Source: Methanosphaera stadtmanae DSM 3091 (GTDB lineage Archaea > Methanobacteriota > Methanobacteria > Methanobacteriales > Methanobacteriaceae). Taken from it: a stretch of DNA of 32,000 nucleotides. Made by a program: the position numbers and the translations under genes. The stretch spans positions 1,230,001 through 1,262,000 of the forward strand of contig NC_007681.1 in assembly GCF_000012545.1 (NCBI RefSeq), written 5' to 3'. The notes below the pieces were generated by a model. That model was not told where the DNA came from, ran no database searches, and saw nothing but the letters and a program-made list of their open reading frames with translations. Shown here one piece after another: positions 1 to 7,565 of the stretch (position 1 is the stretch's first letter; each line of letters opens with the position of its first letter).

Positions 1-240
1 GTATTTAATTGTTATATTATTCATTGTTTTTTCTGTGGATTCTATAGTTTTAGTATTTTGTGGTGTGTTTTTAATATATCCTTTTTCATAGAGTAATTGT
101 GGTGTGTTATCTGTAGAATTATTATCTACAATGTATATTGCATTGATTTTATGTGTTTGATTTAAAAGTGAATCAATACATTTTAATAGGAGTTGTTTTC
201 TGTTAAAGGTCACAACTACTGCGCATACTGTATCTTTCAT
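1..240 (-). CDS. Glycosyltransferase family 2, N-terminal part (gene continues beyond the window start)
   Basis: Not in the ORF track because it is open at the window edge. Minus-strand ATG at 240..238. Hand translation gives MKDTVCAVVVTFNRKQLLLKCIDSLLNQTHKINAIYIVDNNSTDNT, a typical GT2 N-terminus (VVxTxNR...L.SL..QT...vDNxSTD). It starts 3 nt after the galE stop, so it is co-transcribed with galE. Confidence 0.7.
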   Translation of the reverse strand, partial: MKDTVCAVVVTFNRKQLLLKCIDSLLNQTHKINAIYIVDNNSTDNTPQLLYEKGYIKNTPQNTKTIESTEKTMNNITIKY

Positions 241-243
241 AGT

Positions 244-1218
244 TTATTCCTTGTTTAATTTTTGATGCCAATTCCATGCTGTTTCTATTATTTTATCAAT
301 ATTTACATATTGAGGATCCCATCCAAGTGTGTCTTTTGCTTTTTTGGAACTTCCTATTAGAATTGCTGGATCTCCTTCTCTTCTTTGTGTTTGTGTAACG
401 TTAAAATTCCTTCCTGTTACACGTTTAACAGATTCTATTACTTCTCTTACTGAAAATCCTTGTCCATTACCAAGATTAAATTGATTACTTTGATTGTTTT
501 TATTTAAATATTCAAGAGACAAAATATGTGCATCTGCTAGATCTGTTACATGTATATAATCCCTAATACATGTTCCATCTGGAGTATCATAATCTGTTCC
601 AAAAATTTTTATATCTTCACGTTTTCCCATAGCTGCATCAAGTATTAATGGAATTAAATGTGTTTCTGGATTGTGCCATTCACCAATTATTCCAGATTCA
701 TCTGCTCCTGATGCATTGAAATATCTGAGAATAACTGATTTTAGTCCATATGCTGTATCATAATCCTTAAGAATTCTCTCAACCATTAATTTTGTCCAAC
801 CATATGGATTTATTGGATTTTGTGGATGATTCTCTGTTAATGGTATTTTTTGAGGTATACCATATGTTGCACATGTTGATGAGAATATGAATTTTTTAAC
901 ATCATGTTTTAACATTACATTAAGTAGATTCATTGTATTTACCACGTTGTTGTTGTAGTATTTTTCTGGATTTCGTACTGATTCACCTACATCTATAAAT
1001 GATGAAAAATGCATCACTGCATTAATATCATATTTAGTAAATATGTCATCTACTTCATTGATATTTGCAAGATCACACTTACATAACGTTCCCCATTTAA
1101 CTGATTCTTCATGTCCATAACTTAAATTATCTAAAATTATTGTTTCATATCCCCTTTCATTTAAAACTTTATTTACATGGGACCCTATGTAACCTGCTCC
1201 ACCTACAATTAATATCAT
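244..1218 (-). CDS. galE: UDP-glucose 4-epimerase (NAD-dependent SDR epimerase)
   Basis: 324 aa. N-terminal Rossmann motif MILIVGGAGYIGSH, catalytic YxxxK (YGWTK), and GalE-typical length and motifs (RYFNASGA, IRDYIHVTDLA). Confidence 0.93.
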   Translation of the reverse strand: MILIVGGAGYIGSHVNKVLNERGYETIILDNLSYGHEESVKWGTLCKCDLANINEVDDIFTKYDINAVMHFSSFIDVGESVRNPEKYYNNNVVNTMNLLNVMLKHDVKKFIFSSTCATYGIPQKIPLTENHPQNPINPYGWTKLMVERILKDYDTAYGLKSVILRYFNASGADESGIIGEWHNPETHLIPLILDAAMGKREDIKIFGTDYDTPDGTCIRDYIHVTDLADAHILSLEYLNKNNQSNQFNLGNGQGFSVREVIESVKRVTGRNFNVTQTQRREGDPAILIGSSKKAKDTLGWDPQYVNIDKIIETAWNWHQKLNKE

Positions 1219-1402
1219 ATTATTACTCCTATTTGATTTAAAAAAAAAACATTAAATATATTATATATTACTTTATATAAAATATAATTATAGTATTTTA
1301 TCATTCTAAGTCTAAAAATACACCAAGCCAATATATTGGGGATTGATTAGACAAGTAATATGCGATATAATTGAAATATTAAATTCATAAAATATGTTAA
1401 AA

Positions 1403-1497
1403 CCCACGGGCCGTGGGGGATAGCTCGATTAATCTAAACTACAAAAATAGTTTATTGCCCGAGAAACACAACCATAATAGTTGGGTAGGTCAAGAAA
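1403..1497 (+). repeat. Copy A of a conserved intergenic element (possible structured RNA, leader or regulatory module) directly upstream of the SNase gene
   Basis: Aligns with the reverse complement of 15643..15747. The core GATAGCTCgATTAATCTAAACTAC (1419..1442) is near-identical in both copies. Hairpin TAAACTA(1435-1441)/TAGTTTA(1448-1454). Locally GC-rich start CCCACGGGCCGTGGGGG in a strongly AT-rich genome. The 3' end supplies the GTGAT Shine-Dalgarno site of the downstream gene. Confidence 0.7.
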
Positions 1498-1506
1498 GTG
1501 ATAAAG

Positions 1507-1944
1507 ATGAAAAAAATAATACCTATATTGATAATTGTAGGATTATTCTTATGTAGTTCCATGGTATATGCTTCTAATAACATGAAAGACATGCCACGAC
1601 CAGAATTAGATGGTAGTAATGTTACTGGAGAATGTTATAAAGTTATTGATGGAGATACAATCTATGTTTCAGGTCTAGGTAAAGTTAGATTTGTTGGAGT
1701 TAATACTCCTGAACGTGGAGAAGAAGGATACTACGAAGCAAAAAACTATGTAAAAGAAAGATGTTTAGGAAAAATGGTTACTATTGATGTGGATGATGCA
1801 AAACACTTTGATAAATACAATAGAACATTAGGTGTTGTGTATGTTGATGATAGTAACTTAAATCAAGAATTATTAGAAAAAAATCTTGCAGAAATAATGT
1901 ACATACCACCATCTGAATTTAATCCATACAGTTGGGCTGTATAA
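1507..1944 (+). CDS. Secreted or membrane-anchored thermonuclease (staphylococcal nuclease, SNase-like)
   Basis: N-terminal signal peptide MKKIIPILIIVGLFLCSSMVYASN. SNase motifs VIDGDTIYV and VRFVGVNTPERGE. The track starts at GTG 1498, but GTGAT (1498-1502) reads better as the SD for ATG 1507. Confidence 0.88.
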   Translation: MKKIIPILIIVGLFLCSSMVYASNNMKDMPRPELDGSNVTGECYKVIDGDTIYVSGLGKVRFVGVNTPERGEEGYYEAKNYVKERCLGKMVTIDVDDAKHFDKYNRTLGVVYVDDSNLNQELLEKNLAEIMYIPPSEFNPYSWAV

Positions 1945-1981
1945 CCTTATTTCTTTACTTATTATTTTTTTATAAAAGAGT

Positions 1982-2452
1982 TTATATAGTATAATATTCA
2001 CCATCAGCTCGTTTTACTTTTTTAAGTAAGTTTTTATTTTCTAGGGAAACAGTTATGTTGTATGTTCTTTTAGGTGATAATTCTAATTCACCATAGAGAA
2101 GAGCACCCTCTAATACATATCTTGGAGCATAACCATTATATTTGGAGATTACATTTTGAATTATTACATATGCATCTTCTTCTGTTTTATTTAGCATGTA
2201 ACTCTTTAGTGCTGATTTATCTTCAACAACCTTTGTTTCCAAATACAGGTCAATATAATGCACTTCTTTAGCATCTGAATCTAGTTTTATGAAATTTTTT
2301 TCTTGAAGAGCTTCTAATAGATCTATTAAACTTGTTTCTGACAGTTCTAATATATCCTTTATCTTATTGTAAGGTATCTTTTCAGGATATTTATCTAAGT
2401 TATTTTTAATTAATAAAAGAATTTTATTTTCATTTTTAGTAATTACTTGCAA
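1982..2452 (-). CDS. Hypothetical protein, possibly two tandem winged-helix DNA-binding domains
   Basis: 156 aa. The N-terminal segment ENKILLLIKNNLDKYPEKIPYNKIKDILELSETSLIDLLEALQEKNFIKLD resembles a wHTH, and the C-terminal half has a second helix-rich/beta-wing-like segment ending RADGEYYTI. No catalytic motif was recognised. The fold call comes from sequence pattern only. Confidence 0.5.
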   Translation of the reverse strand: MQVITKNENKILLLIKNNLDKYPEKIPYNKIKDILELSETSLIDLLEALQEKNFIKLDSDAKEVHYIDLYLETKVVEDKSALKSYMLNKTEEDAYVIIQNVISKYNGYAPRYVLEGALLYGELELSPKRTYNITVSLENKNLLKKVKRADGEYYTI

Positions 2453-2520
2453 TTACTTTACCCCATATTATTTTTGTTTATATAAAATATAGTTTCTATT
2501 TAATAATTATATAATATTTT

Positions 2521-2680
2521 AGCTCCTTTGATAAGTCATTGTTGACTTAACTATTGTAATGCCGTTTTTGTATTTTCTGTTGTGTTTATTATTTGTTTTA
2601 TTAATAATACGCCTGGAGGTATGTCTTTTATGAATGATTCTGGTGTATATTTGTGGATTTTTATGTATATTGAATGTTTG
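2521..2680 (-). mobile_element. Truncated 3'-terminal fragment of an IS5-like transposase gene (solo remnant)
   Basis: By eye about 75-80% identical over roughly 160 nt to 5511..5672, which is the C-terminal coding end of the transposase pseudogene at 5518..6168. It is frameshifted relative to that copy and has lost the stop codon. No similarity continues beyond about 2680. Confidence 0.6.
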
Positions 2681-3116
2681 CTAAAATACATATAATGTTT
2701 CATGTAATTCACTAATATTCTACATGTATGTTATTGTATTTGGATAGTACTATATAATAACTATTTTTATATGAAATAAAGACTAGATAATAATGTATTA
2801 TTATAAAAAACTAGTTTTAAGATAAATATTAAGAAATAAAATGAGTATGGTTCTGGATTATAATAAAAATAAATCAAAGGGGCTAAATAATAATTCAAAA
2901 CTACCAAAAACAATGAAATGTTTTAGATAAATCTAAAAATTAAAATAAAATTAATTTTAAATAAAATAATTTTTAAATAATATTAATTAAGTAATACTTT
3001 AAACTATTAATTAATAATTTTCAAGTATATTTTATTAATAATATTATTTTGGGATAGTTGTACTATCAATTAAAGAATTACTTATAATAATACAAAGCCA
3101 GTAAGAGGTTAGTATA

Positions 3117-5324
3117 ATGTTTAAAAAGTATAGTAAAGAAGTATTTTTACTTATACTAGTATCATTACTTCTTATTAGTATTTCAGCAATAAGTGCAGGT
3201 GATGTGTCAAACTCGACAACCACATCACCAACAGTTACTGTTGAAAAACAAGTAAGTATGAGTAATGTTATAAAAGAAGATACTACTGATAATAAGGTAT
3301 TATCTAAAAATAGTGAAAATATTCAAACAAAAGAAAAAACAGATAATAAAAAAACAATAAAAAAAGAAACCAGTAATGTAGACTATTATGTCTGTGATAA
3401 TAGTGGAAGTGATAGTAATACTGGAAGTCAAGATAATCCCTTTAAAACCATAGGATATGCAGTTGGAAAGGTAAATTCCAATGATAATTACAACATCCAC
3501 ATTAAAAATGGTACATATAAAGGTACAGGAAATACAAATCTAACAATAGATAATAACACCCCAAGTACTCCTTTAACACCAACAAAATTAAAAACAAAAA
3601 GTATTAAAACAGAAACAATCACCAATGACAACTACAATCAATACTTCGATGAAAATGGAGTAATAAAACCATCAATAACAGAAATTACATTAGGATCTGA
3701 CTTATACAATAAAAATATGACTATAAGTCATCAAGTAAACAGTTTTGCAAATCCTAATAATTACACATTATATAATTCAACAATTATTCTCAATAATAAT
3801 GAAGGAAGTGAATCAAATTATATGGGTTTGGATGATATTAAGATTATCAATACTGATGAGCGAGAATCAGCAATTACAATAACAGGTTCTGGTGTTAATG
3901 TAGCACTTACAGGTTTATATATTTATCAAAAAAATAATGGTAAAAGCTGTGCTATTAATTGTAGCTCTGAAAGGGGACTAGACATACTCAATAGTACTAT
4001 TGATATGGATTGTAATGAAGCTATAGCTATAAATGTGAATAATAAGGTGTCTGCTTCTATTATGTCAAATACTATAACTATTAAAACTAAAATAGCTACT
4101 CCCGTAATTATAGGAAATAATTCATACGTTGGTATTGGTGCATGTTTCATTGAGGTAAATGAATCTTCTAATAAACCAATCATATCTTTAGAAAATTATA
4201 ATCCTGAAGATGAAGAGGCAGTAACAATGGTTATTTACAATTATTTAGAAACTCCTTTTGCAAAGGGAGATGATACAGTAAACATAGTAAATTCTACTAG
4301 CACCTTTGTTACAGGTAATATACCTTCTGAAGAAAACAGTATGATTCCTGTTAACATAGCATTTTCTAATAAATTGTATAAAGGTGTTGATAATTATATT
4401 AATATAACTGTTGTTGATTTATTTGGTAATAAAATTAATGAAGGAATTGTATCTGTAAAAATTAATGATACTGAAATAGGCACTGCAACTGTAAAAGATG
4501 GTCTTGCATCAATAAAATACAAACCAACTGAATCAGGAAATTACACTATAAACGTAAATTATACTTGTGATAGTGGAAAATACGCCCACTTAAAATGGAT
4601 TATAGATTACGAAGCTGAAGATCCTTCAGAGATGTTTTCCTTAGAACAAGTAAATACAACTGGTATCCTCGAGTATGCTGATGCTGTTGCTAGTATTACC
4701 ATGAATCCTATAGTTTCATGTCTTAATAATGTAATTAATGTGTCCTCTTCCATTACATTTAATGGTAATAATGTTAATGATGGACGTGTTGTATTTAAAG
4801 TTAATGGTAAAACATTAAAAGATGCAGATGGAAACATACAATATGTTAAAGTAGTTGATGGTAAAGCTGTAATTGAAAATGTTATAGTGAATTCTAACTG
4901 GTTAAGACAAAACCCTACTATAACCACAGTTTATAGTGGTAATGGTATTATACTTGGTTCTACCTATACTGATGTTATGAATATTACTAAGGCAAAAGCA
5001 CATATTGAATTAGAACCACAGACAGCAGAAGAAAAATCACAAATAACAATAACAGCAAAAATTACAAATGAAATAATCAATGAAAATTCTCAAACAAACA
5101 ACAAGGTAACTGGTGGACGAGTAATTTTTAAAATTAATGGTAGAACTTTAAAAGATAGTAATAATAATGTAATTTATGCAACAGTAGAAAATGGTGTGGC
5201 TTCAATAACATATACCCTACCTTCAACATTAAAATCCAAGGAATATACTTTATCATGTGTATATGGACATAAATTATATGAAAGAAGTGAAGGAAACACA
5301 ACACTTACTATTGTAAAATCATGA
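3117..5324 (+). CDS. Adhesin-like surface protein (signal peptide, Asn/Thr-rich region, beta-helix-type segment, three C-terminal Ig-like modules)
   Basis: 735 aa. SD GAGGT lies 7 nt upstream. Signal peptide MFKKYSKEVFLLILVSLLLISISAISA. Beta-helix cap motif DNPFKTIGYAVGKV...IKNGTYKG. Three modules of about 95 aa share the motif G(R)V(V/I)FK(I/V)NG(K/R)TLKD...NG(V/K)A...Y, which also occurs in the adhesin-like genes at 21550 and 24566. Confidence 0.85.
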   Translation: MFKKYSKEVFLLILVSLLLISISAISAGDVSNSTTTSPTVTVEKQVSMSNVIKEDTTDNKVLSKNSENIQTKEKTDNKKTIKKETSNVDYYVCDNSGSDSNTGSQDNPFKTIGYAVGKVNSNDNYNIHIKNGTYKGTGNTNLTIDNNTPSTPLTPTKLKTKSIKTETITNDNYNQYFDENGVIKPSITEITLGSDLYNKNMTISHQVNSFANPNNYTLYNSTIILNNNEGSESNYMGLDDIKIINTDERESAITITGSGVNVALTGLYIYQKNNGKSCAINCSSERGLDILNSTIDMDCNEAIAINVNNKVSASIMSNTITIKTKIATPVIIGNNSYVGIGACFIEVNESSNKPIISLENYNPEDEEAVTMVIYNYLETPFAKGDDTVNIVNSTSTFVTGNIPSEENSMIPVNIAFSNKLYKGVDNYINITVVDLFGNKINEGIVSVKINDTEIGTATVKDGLASIKYKPTESGNYTINVNYTCDSGKYAHLKWIIDYEAEDPSEMFSLEQVNTTGILEYADAVASITMNPIVSCLNNVINVSSSITFNGNNVNDGRVVFKVNGKTLKDADGNIQYVKVVDGKAVIENVIVNSNWLRQNPTITTVYSGNGIILGSTYTDVMNITKAKAHIELEPQTAEEKSQITITAKITNEIINENSQTNNKVTGGRVIFKINGRTLKDSNNNVIYATVENGVASITYTLPSTLKSKEYTLSCVYGHKLYERSEGNTTLTIVKS

Positions 5325-5517
5325 GGAGTTTTTTACTCTTCATTCATTTTTTTTGTTTCTTTAAAAAATAAAATAGAATAAGATTTGAGAATAAAGGTAA
5401 GAATAATCCAATTAAAGTCCTCTTTTTCTATTATAATAATAGCTTTGTAAAAAAAGGCTAATATTCATAACATAATTTTTGAAATTTTAATTACTATAAA
5501 ATCAGATTATAGTCTCC

Positions 5518-6168
5518 TTAATAGATCATTGTTGGCTTAACTATTGTAATGCTATTTTTGTTTTCTGCTGTATTTAGTACTAGTTTTATTATTAATACGT
5601 ATAGAAATCTGTCTTTTATGAATGATTCTGGTGTATGTTTGTGTATTTTATGCATATTGAATTCTTGTTTACATACTTTGAAAAAATATTCAATATAACC
5701 TCTTATTGGTTTATATTTTTTCCATTCTTTTAGTTTTTAATAATAATGTTATTGCTAATTTTATTTCTCTTCTTATTTTCAGATTTTCTTTTTTATTTTT
5801 AAAATAGCCAAGTGGACATATTATTGGATTTAAAAGCTTATTTTTATTGTAATTTTCGTGTGGAAATATTAAAGGAATGATTCTATATTCAATTATACCT
5901 ATCCTGTAGTTTTCATAACTAAAATATCCTTTATCAAAGAGTAATATATCTAATAGATGTATTATTCTAGATTGTTTTATATTTTCCTGTATTTTTGTAT
6001 ACTTTTGTGTTATGTGGTACTTCGTTATGGATTAAAATAAGAGTAGGAGTTAATGAGTTTTTCCATGACTATTGTAACTTTATAATCAATGTAATGACCT
6101 TTGGATGAAGAATATGACTATTTTAGATTCATTTTTGAGAGATATTTTTTGGTATAATGTTTTCTCAT
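5518..6168 (-). pseudogene. Degraded IS5-like (IS4/IS5-superfamily DDE) transposase
   Basis: Hand translation of the minus strand gives four pieces in different frames: MRKHYTKKYLSKMNLK*; ..KGHYIDYKVTIVMEKLINSYSYFNP*; ..LLDILLFDKGYFSYENYRIGIIEYRIIPLIF..LLLKTKRMEKI* (DKGY around the second catalytic Asp); and KLKEWKKYKPIRGYIEYFFKVCKQEFNMHKIHKHTPESFIKDRFLYVLIIKLVLNTAENKN..MIY* (R-x3-E-x6-K signature). There are at least three frame disruptions. Confidence 0.7.
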
Positions 6169-6397
6169 AATTATTATAATGAAATTAAATCAAAGAAGCA
6201 TATAATATTTATTCAGTAAAAACATGATTTATAAAAAAATAAAATATTTAAAATAATAGTATAATAATGTTAAATACTGTATATTTTTAATCTATTTTCA
6301 AAACAAAACAATAAATATTTAAAAACATATGATAAACATACTATTATAAACTAAAAATATGTTTTAAAAATAATTACTAGAGGAGGTTGTAAAGGAA

Positions 6398-7540
6398 ATG
6401 TTAGATTTATTATATGAAAAAACCATAACAAAAAAAAAGCATGTGAAGCATTTTTTCAAGGATATTAAAAGTAACATAGATTATAAGCAAGTAGAAAAAT
6501 CATTTACAAAATATGAATTTAGTAAAGAAAAACAAGATAAAATTCTAGCTGCTGTAGATGGTAGTTTTAATAAGAAAAAATACATGGCCTGTTTTGTGTA
6601 TGCAATTAGTAGTCAGACCATAATTTCAAAACCTGGAGAAAAAATTATCAAAGAATCAAGTGCTGGTGATATAACTACAAAGACGCATAGTAATGTAAAA
6701 TCTATTGATAGTATTTTATCAATGTATATGAACATTCTTGAATTAAAAAGTACTCTTGATACACTTGAGAGATATCCTGAAATTGATTATATGCTAATGG
6801 ATGGTAGTATTAGAGGAACCTTGATGCATTTTCCAACATATACTATTGATTCATACATAACTAACAAATTAAAACCTGTGGCTAAAAAGATTGAAAGTAA
6901 ATTAAAAGAGGGTAATTTTCCATTAGAAGTATGTGCTGTTTCTAATAGAGATGAAATTTTATCTTATTTAAAAAAGGATATGAATAAATATAACTTAGAA
7001 ATAGAATATGATGAGGATACAACACTTCGCTATATTGAAAGTTTAGAGCAATTAACATGTATTAAAGTTCTACTTGAGAATTTTAAAGAGAAATTGGTAT
7101 GTGTTTCTAAAACAAGTGGTACAAATTCCCTTTATAAAAATAACATACCTGATGCTGCAGTAATAGAATATACTATTAATGAATCTGGTTATACTAATCC
7201 AGATACATCTGAACATAACAGCCTACTTAGAAAAATAAATGGTGAAATTAAGAAAATCAACTATCCCTTATATAATGATGAATTAAAATCATATAATTAC
7301 ACGTTGTTTTTTACTAAATTAACTAAAGAGGGTAATGTTTTAAAAATAGAGTTACCTCAACCTAACTTAGATAGAAAAAAAATAGAAGGAATTCTTGAGG
7401 ATTTATATAGTGCTAGTATTAATGGATATCCCTATATTCTTAAAAAAGCCCATGATGAAGTTGTAATCAAAGAAAAAAACATGAAACATATCATAGAATA
7501 CATGGATATCTTTGAAAAAACAGGACGTGACATGTTATAA
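6398..7540 (+). CDS. nurA: NurA 5'-3' nuclease (DNA double-strand-break end resection)
   Basis: 380 aa. NurA-type acidic motifs AAVDGS and YMLMDGS, and C-terminal GYPYILKKAHDEVVI. SD GGAGGT upstream. First gene of the herA/mre11/rad50 operon. Confidence 0.85.
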   Translation: MLDLLYEKTITKKKHVKHFFKDIKSNIDYKQVEKSFTKYEFSKEKQDKILAAVDGSFNKKKYMACFVYAISSQTIISKPGEKIIKESSAGDITTKTHSNVKSIDSILSMYMNILELKSTLDTLERYPEIDYMLMDGSIRGTLMHFPTYTIDSYITNKLKPVAKKIESKLKEGNFPLEVCAVSNRDEILSYLKKDMNKYNLEIEYDEDTTLRYIESLEQLTCIKVLLENFKEKLVCVSKTSGTNSLYKNNIPDAAVIEYTINESGYTNPDTSEHNSLLRKINGEIKKINYPLYNDELKSYNYTLFFTKLTKEGNVLKIELPQPNLDRKKIEGILEDLYSASINGYPYILKKAHDEVVIKEKNMKHIIEYMDIFEKTGRDML

Positions 7541-7565
7541 GTAATAACTTTTAACTAATAGGAAG

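Noticed and set aside
1414-1430. tRNA-like start (GGGGGA-TAGCTCG; GGGAGA-TAGCTCA in copy B) within the conserved element
   Set aside because: TAGCTCA resembles the U8-A14/D-arm start of tRNAs. However, there is no GAGC D-stem partner, no anticodon arm, no GGTTCRAATCC-type T-arm and no acceptor 3' strand. It is not a tRNA gene. At most it is a tRNA-derived remnant.
2841-2930. 29-codon ORF (MSMVLDYNKNKSKGLNNNSKLPKTMKCFR*) in the long leader upstream of the adhesin gene
   Set aside because: It is too short, has no SD, and shows no similarity to the transposase pieces or anything else recognisable. It is likely a chance ORF.
3335-3370. A6-A7 homopolymer runs in the 5' coding region of the adhesin genes (also T7/A7 at 28010-28017), considered as slipped-strand phase-variation switches
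   Set aside because: Runs of 6-7 A/T are expected by chance at this base composition and encode Lys-rich spacers. Nothing marks them as unusually long or positioned as switches.
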